The notes beneath the pieces were generated by a model. That model was not told the origin of the DNA and made no database searches. It saw only the letters and a program-made list of their open reading frames with translations. The translations under genes and the position numbers were made by a program. A DNA stretch of 63,489 bases, the filler included, from Dirinaria sp. TL-2023a (lineage: Eukaryota): the NCBI GenBank assembly GCA_051941275.1. It is 3 parts of 3 records of this genome, joined end to end, with 100 filler letters (N's around TTAATTAATTAA, not from the genome) between each part and the next. Parts side by side here need not be neighbours in the genome. Positions count along the whole stretch, not along the records: positions 21,229 to 42,349 come from JAVEBF010000268.1; positions 42,450 to 63,489 come from JAVEBF010000270.1; 1 more part is not named here. The stretch is one strand, 5' to 3'. Shown one piece after another: positions 33,949-45,239 of this stretch (position 1 is its first letter; every line of letters begins with the position of its first letter).

Positions 33949-35708
33949 ATGGACGCACCGTCGAATACCCCCCACCCACAGAGCGGCATGGGCAATGATG
34001 CAAAGATCCAGATGCAGGACGAAGAAAAACTCAAAAATTGGTATATTGGAGCAATAGATCAGGGAACCACGAGCACGCGCTTCTTGATATTCAATGGTCT
34101 GGGTACCCCTGTTGCATCTCATCAAACGGATTTCAAACAGATGCACCCCCATCCAGGGTGCGTAGAACCCACGTAACACGTTCTGACTATGCACGGCGTA
34201 GCGTTGATACCCGAGTAGCTGGATGGAACATGACCCAAATGAAATCTACCAGACTGTTGAAGAGTGCATCGAAAAAGCTACCGAGGCTTTTGTTGAAGAC
34301 GGCCACTCAGCGTCGGACATCAAAGCCATTGGGCTCACGACTCAGAGAGAGACTACTGTTCTTTGGGACAGTGAGACTGGGGAAACTATCCAACATGCCA
34401 TAGCATGGCCTGATACCCGGACGCAGGCTATTGTGAGAGAGCTCAAAGCGCGGGAAGGAGCACATCGGCTTCAAGAGCTATGTGGCCTACCTTTATCAAC
34501 TTACCCATCTTCTCTCAAGCTGACGTGGCTGTTTCGGAACTCCGAGAAAGTTAGGGAGGTCTATGAAGCTGGTCGATTGGTATTTGGAACAATCGACACA
34601 TGGCTGCTATATAAACTGAACGGGGGCAAAGAGAAGAATGTCCATATTACCGACGCTACCAACGCATCACGGACCATGTTCCTTAACCTCCACACACTCG
34701 AATACGATTCTTTCTGTCTTGATTTCTTCGGCATCGATCCTAAGAAGATGAAACTACCGAGCGTCGTCCCGTGCTCAGACCCAGAAGCTTTCGGCGTCCT
34801 TGCATCCGGGGTATTGAAGGGTACTAGGATCACCGGATGCCTTGGAGACCAGTCGGCGGCCTTGGTTGGTCAATTAGGCTTCTCTCCTGGTAAAGCCAAG
34901 AACACATATGGCACTGGTTGCTTCCTGCTTTACAACGTGGGTGAGAGACCTGTCATCTCAAAGCATGGCCTGCTGGCGACAGTGGCCTACTATTTCGGTA
35001 GTAAGCATAAACCGATCTATGCTCTGGAAGGTAGTATTGCCGTTGCGGGAAGCGCTGTGAAATTCCTACAGAATAATCTCAATATGTTTGAAGCGTCCCA
35101 CCATATAAACGACCTAGCTGAGACCGTCGATGACAGCGGCGGTTGCGTCTTTGTCACTGCTTTTAGCGGTCTATTTGCGCCATACTGGATTGATGACGCC
35201 CAAGGAACCATATTCGGCATAACCCAACACACGCAGAGAGGGCATGTGGCGAGAGCTGCAATGGAAGCTACCTGCTTCCAGACCAAAGCCGTCCTAGACG
35301 CTATGGAGAAGGACAGCGGTCACCGACTCAGCGAGTTGGCTGTTGATGGTGGCATGAGCAATTCGGATCTCTGCATGCAGGTGTGTCTCGTCCCCCGGCC
35401 ATCTCGGATGTCGGTCTTGCCCATTCCAAGCTCATCGAGTATAGACTCAGGCGGATATAATACACATCCCGGTTGATCGACCTATTATGCGTGAGACGAC
35501 AGCTCTCGGAGCCGCCATCGCTGCAGGTTTTGCCATCGACGTGTGGAAGGAGTTCGAAGAACTCACAGAGATCAACCGTGAAGATCGTACGATCTTCAAG
35601 CCAAAGATCTCCAAGGAAGCAAGCGACAAAATGTATAAAAGGTGGGATCGAGCAGTGCGAATGTCTCGAGGATGGCTTGACTCTGATAGAGATGCCGCCA
35701 GTACATAA
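33949..35708 (+). CDS. GUT1: Glycerol kinase
   Basis: GAIDQGTTSTR, PGWMEHDP (spliced), QRETT, AWPDTRT, TDATNASRT, GDQSAAL, KNTYGTGCF, FSGLFAPYW, VDGG, ETTALGAA. Two introns. Confidence 0.96.
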
Positions 35709-36909
35709 TCTTGGTCTCAGGAATGTGGTGACCTGCGTCGATAGCATCTGTTAGCCACTGGCTATAAAGCATTATATAGATGGTACCGTCTTGCAATGGC
35801 TTCTCGTGCAAGCAACTCCGTCACGCTCGATTTTGATAATCTTGCAAGCTGCACGCTTCTCTCTCGTTCAGTCTTCGCCTGCCTTGGCTGCAGAAGGGGC
35901 CATGACGACCTCTAGCGTGGGCAGGCAGTTCCGAGTACTGAATAATCCCCGAAGATCGGAAAGGGCGGCAATGCATGGTGTGGAACATACTGTCGACGCT
36001 GCAGAAGCCTCAAAACTTTCCTATGGGACAAGAAAAAGGCGAAAACACGCCTCGTTGGCGAAGAAGATCGCAGCTGACAGTGATCGCACTCAGGAAGGTT
36101 TCATACGCGGCATATTGCGAGGATCATCGACCAGCAGGATAGGATCGGCGCTTTTATGCAGTGATACTTTCAAGAGGCGTCTGCTAGAAGCTGTCCGGGA
36201 CGAATATCGCATCGTCTGGGACCCACTAAATGTTGGAGGCCCAATCACGGCCTTCCCAGATAGATATCCTGGCAGACGCTCACAGGTCTACTTGGAAATC
36301 AATGCAAGAACGCTTAGAGTTGACGATGCTCGGTCCTACGACGGCCTAATATCGTTCGATCTAAGCTGAAAAGTTGTCAAGACGGAGTGGTTGCAGCTGT
36401 GAGATCGGAGAATCCTTCGAGAAGGGAAAGATCCGGTGGGGGTAAAATCCCGAATCCCTCTCCGAAGTCTTGTCCTACAACGATAGCACTTGACGATTGC
36501 TGCAGGTAAAAGCCTCTTTCCAGGCCTCCCCCACGGATCAAATCGTCTCGTATCAAAGGATCAGATCGGACATGTTGACTAGCTGTGTGCAACGTCGCCA
36601 ATATTGAACAAAAGCATATTGCAGGGAGCGCAAATTTCCGACCCTTCAGCACTATTGCCCAGCCTCCAATATCTATGCGAATGACCAACAGCGTTTCACT
36701 ACGCCTGCGGCAACAGATGGCAGCACCAAAACCCTATCCCACACGGCACTTTGTCACGGTCGTTGTGGAGCAGTCTGTCGCGTGATGCTCAAGCGCCGTG
36801 GACCCCTTCCAAGGTCCCCACCCTTGGACGAGCCAGTCGAGGGAAATATGAAGAAGACCGTCCCCGGCGCCTACGTATTCAGGAATCCATTCTCTACCAA
36901 TGGTCCAAA

Positions 36910-37373
36910 ATGTGTGACTATACTAAGGTAACATACCAGTGTGGGCACGTACGCTATCTGGTCAAAGCTTGGTAAGAACTTCGTGAAGGAATGAGGCTTG
37001 CAGATCAAAACAGCTGACAGCAGTACCCGGTTGGATCAGGTGTGTCCGTTACCAGCAGACTCACGAACGGTGCCCCCCGAATGTTGTGGCGAGGTCAGTC
37101 TTACCATTCACGCTCTCCGTTGCAATCCTTCGTATGACTCAGACTCACGTCATTCCGTCACAGGGAAACACGTCAGAATGAGAAATGCGGTTTGTTCCCT
37201 CCCGCAAATTCTCCTAATATTTTATTACCCCTGCGATACCTGGGAAAATTCTGCCGAGGTCGAATCTTTTTGATGCTCGGAAGAATCCTATATTCATTCT
37301 CCCTTGATCAGTAGACAATAGAACAAGCTGACGCTGGAGCTCAGGAGATTGCAAAACGACAACGAAACCATGA
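36910..37373 (+). CDS. 56-aa Cys/His-rich microprotein, 4 exons (putative zinc-binding)
   Basis: Exons 36910-36971, 37040-37093, 37164-37189 and 37345-37373, all GT..CAG with CTRAC-like branch sites. Product MCDYTKVTYQCGHVRYLVKAWCVRYQQTHERCPPNVVARETRQNEKCGDCKTTTKP; start context caaaATG. Confidence 0.8.
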
Positions 37374-39746
37374 TTCTCTTACCATTGCTATACAATTGGC
37401 CTCAGTCCAACTCCGCATTTCATGCAAGATATTTCTCGAATGTCTTTTAGCAGGGCAGTGCGTTTCTGATTCAAGACCTTTTCGTTGGCACTCGTTGAAC
37501 GTACAGTGCTACACTGGCTTCGGTACAGCGCATCATCCCAAGACGGCGAATGAGGTCTGTCAGAAATTTAGATGAAGCAGACCACATCTCGCAAAGATAC
37601 CTTATTTATTGAGCCAAACTTTTTAAAGCGCTTCGCTGAGCTCCAAATACCCTAGGCGTGGCTTTTAAGGCTTTACAAGACCATCAGTACCTAAGGCCGA
37701 ACCAGAAGCTGTTCCGACAGGAGATACTGACTCTTCCGGTTGCATTTTTGCCTGGCTTGTTCCCAACCATAATAACACCTCGATTACCTTCACCGTTGTT
37801 ATCTACATCTGAGTATTTTCAACGCGTGCAGTCTCCCACTTTATCTCAAATGCTTTCTTTTCTGAAGAAAGCGTGTCTCATTCTCGTTATCGAATTATTG
37901 AATTGTGGTCTCTTTAATTTGACTCCGGCCTATAGGCGTCTTCAACGCAGTGCCATGTACACTCTTATACTACTTTTTGCGAAAGGGGTCATACTACACG
38001 TCTCGTAGACATGACAATGCCGTCTGGGTTGAAGGCCAGAATAACCCACTCCTGCAAATGCAGAATGTCAGTGGCCAGCGAGTGCTAGCGAGTAGCAATC
38101 CCACTCCAGTAGCCCAGCAAGTGTGCCATGAAGACCGGCCCACAATCAAAGCTTAAAAAAGCGTCATTTCCTCTGCCGGCAAAGCCAGGGTATGGAGTCA
38201 TGCATAACCGTGGCAATCGACGAAAGGTTAAAAACTGCCAGGCGCTTTGCTGAGTAGCTCGATGCATCACTCACAGAACCATAGCTACCTCTATGACACG
38301 CGTTTGAGCCGCACGGAACTCGTATAACGGCGGAGGAAAACATTATGAGCAACCGTCGAAAAAGGGATAGGACCACTGGCATTTTCGCCCTTGACTCGAG
38401 CAGCAGCACAAGGACTCAAGTGGCGCAAGCTTTACAAAGAATCTATTGCTGGAGATACTTGACAATAAGAACTTCACAACGTCCGGGGTTCCATTCGCAA
38501 GAAATGACCCGACTTCCCTGTTGTCCCTACCTGTTGTCCAAGCGATCCAAAAACTTGGAAAACTTCCTCTTGGCTGCGCGGCCCCGTCCTTCTTTAGGGT
38601 GGGACATGCCAGTCTTAGGTTGGGGCGCGCCAATATCTACAACTCGGACCTGGTCCAGATGCATGATTACTTTGGTGGTACTACATCGGTCTTCAGGGCT
38701 TCTGAGGCTGTGCTGCAGCTAGCCGGCGGCGAAGCGCATCTGCTTCTGTTAAACTTTTTCTTTCGCGAGTCGGAGGCCGAGGAAGTCCAGAGGAATGGAT
38801 GTAGAGCTTTCCAAGGAACGAATGCCACCGTGCCGGGCCGTCACTATCTGGATTTGCGGTCTGTAGCGCACGCTTGAATCACAATTGACAATCCCTGACC
38901 GAGATGACGGCGACCCTTCCGTGAATGGTACATCCCAGCTGAATGCTCTTTCCTGAGCTGAGACTCAGTACGCACCCGAGTGGATGAGCTCGATATTTCA
39001 ATTCAAGATTTTGATCGTAACTCTAAGACTAGCATGTAACTAACTCCACGCCGCGCATATTGTCAAAGAAGGTACTTTACTAGCGACGCCCCATTGCACA
39101 GCAAGCAAGGAAGTGGCCAATATCGCATCGTGATTTACCGAATTGCTACATGATCTGAACTTTTGGGCTCTGTATAGACTTTTGTTGGAAAGATAAGTGC
39201 CTGACAAATCGGAATTTGGGCTTGAGCCATCTGCATGCCTCGCTCTGAGGTGGGACAGCGAGATAAACGTCGTCGCTTCCAATGATGCTCCCAATGCGGA
39301 TCGCTACTGTCGTCGATTGCTCGACTTTGGGTTTCATTGGCCATGATAGCTGTGGAGTATGACCGTTAGGAAGTTGTTGTTGCCCCTGGATAGAACATGA
39401 TTCTACCTCCGCCACTAGTGGGAATGGATCAATGGAGGAACCGGACGGGAATTGGGACCATTTGCCCCGAGCGGCTAGATTTCCCTAATCGATATGACTG
39501 GCGGATAACTTGTCCTGTTTAGCTCTAGCCTCGTGGCATTAGCTTGGGTAAGCGTAGCGCCTGTTCAGGATCAGTTGCGTTACTTGCGTAGAGAACGCAG
39601 GGTCGGCTAAACCGCGGACCTCGGTCGAACTTTTTTCGAATCTCCAACCTTCCTTGTACTCTGGCGTCACAGCTCACAGACCAGCGAATGCTCGAGTCTT
39701 TCTGTCCAGCTGCCTCAGGCCCAAGACGGCTTGCCCGGCAACATTC

Positions 39747-41009
39747 ATGCCACCTGCTCTTTGCGCACTCTGTCAGGCCTCTCGCGCCCTCATTCTCCGG
39801 CCCAAAAACCACCAGAAGCTTTGCAAGTGCTGCTTTATCCAGCTCTTTGAAAACGAGATTCACAACACCATTACCACCTCTCACCTTTTCACTCGCGGAG
39901 AACGCATCGCGATTGGTGCTTCCGGAGGAAAGGACTCCACCGTCCTAGCATCCGTCCTGAAAACGCTCAATGAACGCCACGACTACGGGCTTGACTTGGT
40001 CCTGCTGAGTATAGACGAAGGGATAAAGGGCTATCGAGACGATAGCCTTGAGACTGTGAAGCACAATGCAGTGCAGTACTCCATGCCTCTCGAGATCGTC
40101 AGCTATGGTGAGCTGTATGGCTGGACCATGGATCAAGTCGTGTCGCAGATCGGCAAGAAGGGAAATTGTACATATTGCGGCGTTTTCCGTCGTCAGGCTC
40201 TCGACCGGGGTGCCGCCAAACTCGGTATCAAGCACGTCGTCACGGGCCACAACGCAGACGATATTGCCGAGACTGTGCTCATGAACCTCCTTCGTGGAGA
40301 CCTGCCGCGGCTAGCCAGAGCCACCAGTATAGTGACAGAAAGCGCAGCAAGCGATATCAAAAGGAGCAAACCCTTGAAGTATGCGTATGAGAAAGAAATC
40401 GTGCTCTACGCGCACCACAAGGGTCTGGAATATTTTAGCACCGAGTGCATTTACAGCCCGGAGGCGTTTCGAGGAAGCGCGAGACAGTTGATTAAGAACC
40501 TAGAGCGAGTGCGGCCTAGCGCGATCCTGGATGTGGTGAAGAGCGGCGAGGACATGGCCAAGCTTGTGCCGCCCGAGGTCAGTGGCGCTAGTAAGAGTGC
40601 CAAAGACTTGACCGTCGTTGAAGGAGAGGCGGAAGGCGAGGCCGGTTGCGGTAGCGCGAACGGGCGGAGTAGTGGTGGGGAGATGGCTGCCATGGAGGAG
40701 AAGCTGCGACAGGACGAGGCAGCGAAAGAGCGCGAAGTAGAGATCACAGTAGCGGGGCAAAGGCATGATAGGGATCGGACGGAATTGGTACGGATGAGAA
40801 AGAAGCTCCCGCAGCAGAAGATGGGGAAATGTGAGCGCTGCGGCTACCTATCCTCCCAGACGGTCTGCAAAGCGTGCATGCTCCTCGAAGGCTTGAATAA
40901 GAACCGGCCGAAGATGGAGATCCAAGTCTCGGTGGAGGAAGAAGATAATAGTCCCACGCTGACTCGGAGAATGGAAGGTCTCAAGGTCGGTTCTGAGACT
41001 GAGCCTTGA
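39747..41009 (+). CDS. NCS6: Cytoplasmic tRNA 2-thiolation protein 1
   Basis: N-terminal CxxC..CxxC, PP-loop [27 protein letters not shown]-terminal [16 protein letters not shown]. Intronless. Confidence 0.96.
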   Translation: MPPALCALCQASRALILRPKNHQKLCKCCFIQLFENEIHNTITTSHLFTRGERIAIGASGGKDSTVLASVLKTLNERHDYGLDLVLLSIDEGIKGYRDDSLETVKHNAVQYSMPLEIVSYGELYGWTMDQVVSQIGKKGNCTYCGVFRRQALDRGAAKLGIKHVVTGHNADDIAETVLMNLLRGDLPRLARATSIVTESAASDIKRSKPLKYAYEKEIVLYAHHKGLEYFSTECIYSPEAFRGSARQLIKNLERVRPSAILDVVKSGEDMAKLVPPEVSGASKSAKDLTVVEGEAEGEAGCGSANGRSSGGEMAAMEEKLRQDEAAKEREVEITVAGQRHDRDRTELVRMRKKLPQQKMGKCERCGYLSSQTVCKACMLLEGLNKNRPKMEIQVSVEEEDNSPTLTRRMEGLKVGSETEP

Positions 41010-41578
41010 GAGGAGGTTTCTCTGGTCTCTCCGCCTATTCAGAAAGAAGCTACCACTTCATGCATATTCCAGGGCCTCAACTCTCCTAGATAGACGCTGC
41101 TTTACATCCCTCAGGAAGCGGTTATCCAGCGTCCGTCACTAGTAGCAAGTACTACTTCCAGACACCGAGCCCAGAGACTCAATCACGATCCCTCAGGGAA
41201 TGACACAGCCCTCACTGAGCAATCCGCGAACGTTGGACACACTCAAGCGCCTCCAGTAGAACCCATGGAAACCAAAAACGCTATGTTCGCGACCACCATG
41301 GACGACGATGTCCTACAGCAGGAGGCATGGCTCGAAACCCTAGTTTGTAGCTTATTCCAGCATCACCTCTGCTTCCTCAAGCAAGGATTCTCTAAAGGCC
41401 GGTCCTGACGCCTATATCAAAAGCAAGCAGCCAGTGCTACCCCTGTGGTTTAGCCCAACACAACCTTCATTTCGGTATCCGCACCCCCTCTGTTTGGGAA
41501 CCTTGGCAAGACCCGGCAAAACCCGCCATTCAGGGCGTAAACCCACATCAAGTGTATTCATACCTTAGCGAAAAGTTT

Positions 41579-41739
41579 TACGATTCCATGGGACCGAGAA
41601 GGGGAAGTAGCCATGAAAAGTTGTATCCTAACGATTGATAAGGTGTCGATACAGTATCTACACGGTATTTTACGACTGATAAGGGTGTCTATACTGTTTC
41701 TCCAGAGCCACCGCGCCTTCTCGGTCCCATGGAATCGTA
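41579..41739. repeat. Perfect 24-bp inverted repeat enclosing a short degenerate direct repeat
   Basis: tacgattccatgggaccgagaagg (41579-41602) and its reverse complement (41716-41739); inside, acgattgataaggtgtcgatac and acgactgataagggtgtctatac. Confidence 0.9.
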
Positions 41740-42185
41740 TATCTCCGCTACGTTATTCTCGGGCATTTTTTTGACTTGACCATGACGGCTTTGATAATTA
41801 CTGCAAAAAATGAATGTGTTGGATAGAGGAACAGGATTAAGATTAATCTGTATGTGCCAATTCTCCAAGTGTACCATCACACCATCTATGTGGACTGTCT
41901 TTTACTCACAAATGGTTTTAAAAAAAAAGCTGAAGTTCTAGTCATATATCCCTCCCTCATTTCAACCACATCAATATATCACCTCCGCTCTGCAAACCCA
42001 CCCATCTCACCCCATCAGTCATCCCTGATCCCTCCGTCCCTCCACACCATCAAACCTCAATCACAAACCCAGTTCATCTTTATGGTTTTCCTTTCCTTCC
42101 CCCCCCCCTTATTAATAAATATTTCAACAAACACAGATCCCACCTCCTTACCTACCTACCTAACTCCCTCCTCCTCTATCCTGCT

Positions 42186-42186
<1 letters not shown>

Positions 42187-42222
<36 letters not shown>

Positions 42223-42236
42223 CTCTCTCTCTCTCT
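42187..42236. repeat. Compound microsatellite (CA)16(CT)9
   Basis: Read directly from the sequence. Confidence 0.95.
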
Positions 42237-42349
42237 GCATCCTCCACGTTCCCTACTAAACATACCCTTTCTTTCCCCTTTAGACATTCCGTTTGTGCAC
42301 TTTTGATCTACAACATCTTAAGATTTACGACTCCTGGTTTCTATATCTT

Positions 42350-42449
42350 NNNNNNNNNNNNNNNNNNNNNNNNNNNNNNNNNNNNNNNNNNNNTTAATTA
42401 ATTAANNNNNNNNNNNNNNNNNNNNNNNNNNNNNNNNNNNNNNNNNNNN
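42350..42449. other. Artificial contig linker (44 N + TTAATTAATTAA + 44 N)
   Basis: Identical to the linker at 21129; followed by poly(T). Confidence 0.98.
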
Positions 42450-42454
42450 TTTGG

Positions 42455-42492
<38 letters not shown>

Positions 42493-43293
42493 AGAACTTA
42501 TCTTCATTGTTACCCTTCTATATACCGAGACTTTTGGACGACGTGAGAGAGAGAGAAAATCATAGATAACAGCATTTACGCCACAATCAAATTTCGACAG
42601 AATAGAACACTCGAATTTTGATGCGAATTCCCCTTACATCGTTCCTCGTCCAGAGGAATAAGCGCCTATGCTAACTATTTTGCAATCGAATTCTTTCTTA
42701 ATCATATCTAGATACATGTATGGAGAAAGGAACGCCTCAGTAAAACTGGCTTCTGCTGACTTCACCAAAATCCCTTTCTATATTCTCACGTTACGTTCAA
42801 CGCCCATCAGGCGATTGCGCTCTGCCAAGCCGCAAGATCTGCAGTGGTGTAAGTTGACGACTCACGCATTGCGTTATTCTCCGTTCGCAATCGCTTGCTG
42901 ATCACGCGCTTCGCTCGATATCTTTTCAGGATTGTTGGAGGTAAGAAACAAGACATGATTTGGCAGCCTATCTCTAACAAGCTCCGAAACTTCAGCTATG
43001 CGGGCATTTTTTGACCTATTTCCACGTACAACCTGTGCATCTGATCTATCTAAGACAGTAAATGTGAGTAATCCCCGGATTGCGATATACTTGGTGCCCT
43101 TCTGTCATTGGGCGTTGGGGGACACGAGGCGTGGACATGAAGGGCCCGGCATGAGCAAACACAAGAGTACAGCCCAGCGAAGGATATATCTCCTCCGGCT
43201 CCTAAACTACAGCTGCAACGCCTAATCTAGGACTCCTCCTTACCAGGACGATGACGCCGTGGCTGTGCCTCCGGCCCCAAATAGCCCAAGTAG

Positions 43294-43808
43294 CTATTCA
43301 ACCAGCTCCTGAACTCGGGGGTGATCGACCACCGGTGGCAAGGTGTACACCTCCTCAATGAATAGGAGGAAGCCGCTGATGATGGATGTACCAACAAAGA
43401 CTAGCTGTGCGACCACCCCGTATTGGGAATATTCTTCTGACATTTTCAATAGGCAGAAGACGCCGGAGATGACCAGAATGCCGAAAGAAATGTTGAATAA
43501 GGTATTGACCAGATCCCGCTCTTGTCCGGACTGCTGTGTTTTGAGAATTTCAATCAGTGTTCTTTATGCGCTTGGATTGGATTCGAAGAAAATCGAAAAC
43601 ATACCTGATTGTGTTCGGTATCTGCCAAGTCCATAGACAATCGATGCTCATGCATGCCTCGATGCTGATGCATGCCTGGATGTCCATGCATGTCTAGATG
43701 CTCATGCATGCGGATGTGCTCTTCGAATGTCTCGGTCAGTAGGCCGTGCAGAGCATCCTCGTTGAAGTCCATTTCTGAGCCGAGACGTGTAGCTTCCTCA
43801 AAGCTCAT
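43294..43808 (-). CDS. ~147-aa protein with (MHxHxx)4 repeat and two C-terminal TM helices
   Basis: Exon 1 is 43808-43605, then intron 43534-43604 (GTATGT..CTGAT..CAG, phase 0). Exon 2 encodes TLFNISFGILVISGVFCLL and VVAQLVFVGTSIISGFLLFI, ending VQELVE*. Confidence 0.65.
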
Positions 43809-45239
43809 CCCTTCGTGATCTTCGAACAGCCATTCCGTGAAATTTTCTTCGACCTGTGTCTCAGTCGCGGTCGGATCGATGGAAGTCGGGTGCGAGTGAG
43901 CCCTGCCTAAAGGTAATCTTGAACATGCCGTCCGAGTTCAGCTGACGTACATTTGCTAGAAACAGATGAGAATTTCTTCAATAATGGCAATCGAAACACG
44001 GTCAAGCGTTCAATAGAAGAAGTTTTCGATGGGACTGCAGAGTGAAGAAATAAATTTCAAAGTGAGAAAATCGTGTGCCCCATCAGGAGTCTTATATGCC
44101 ATCTAGTAGACGCCATCCCGTGGGCGCCACCTCAACAGAAAAAATTTTTTTTTGATCTTAGCGTATACCACAATAAGTAAGGCACCCCAACACATGCTCA
44201 ACTTTATTGGATAGTAGTGCAAAAAACAGTCTAGGTAATGCTCTATAAGTTTTGAATAGAAACTTGGTTGGCTGAGTGCATGATTAATGCGATTTTTAAA
44301 ATCAAAAATTGTGCTTCACGGAGATCAAAATAAGAGTTGTTGCGTTATATCGAATTATCCTGCAATAAACTCTCTATAATATATTCAGAAGCGTGAAAAT
44401 GATGCTGGGGAGGTTATTCTAGAGGCACGATTTGTCAATTTCACATATTGACAGTGGTTGCTACTTTGTTCTAGGTGTTTAGCTTGTCAACCTAAATAAC
44501 GAGTTAGCTTCAATCTCCAGATATTATTAACTGGATTGAGCTTGCCTCGGTGGCTTTGCACTGTACGTCATCTGCAGCTCAAGTGATGAATTGTGTTCTG
44601 TTCGGCTATGACAATACTACTCGTTAATCGTTTTATCGTATGTGACCTGAGCATCGTCATGCTGTCTTTTCGATATCTGAATTAACTCGAATATGATGGA
44701 TACGATATAGTATACCGTTTGGAGAGATGTACGAAGTGCTAGAGATCAGTGGAGGCATTATTCGCGGTTTTCTCTGTTATGAGAGATCGCCACGACCTAA
44801 ATTAGCATAAGAAGTGCCTAGGGCGGAATATAGGGAGAGAAATGGGAGGCACAATAATGGGAAAGTACTTAAACCCCATCTTTGATAGTCTTGCAGCTAA
44901 GAATTTGCTGGCGCGAGCGTGGAGACATGGTGCAAGCTGTGACGTCCAAGCAGGAACCTCTCATCGGCCGCTACGCCCCGACACATTTGACAAATCTAGT
45001 GCTAGGTAGCTCACCTGCAGAGCTCAAGCGTCTCTTTATTGAAAGTCAGTATCCAGAATTCTAAAGTATCAGTTGAGAAGATACTTAACCTCAACTCGGA
45101 CAATTAGTATTCATTTCGAATTCATATCGTCCCATGACCTTGCAGCCCTAGAAGTAGCTCTGAAACTTTGAACATCAAAGAATTCGTTTTCCCTTGCGAA
45201 GGCACGACCTGATGTAGAATTGATCAGCACTCACTGGTT

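Noticed and set aside
35791..36600. 192-aa ORF and its stop-interrupted continuation
   Set aside because: Possibly a decayed gene, but no motif or family is recognisable, so it cannot be supported as CDS or pseudogene.
38000..39450. Scattered ORF fragments upstream of NCS6
   Set aside because: No consistent splice model or recognisable domain.
39654..39746. In-frame upstream extension of NCS6
   Set aside because: No ATG; the family N-terminus begins at MPPALC (39747).
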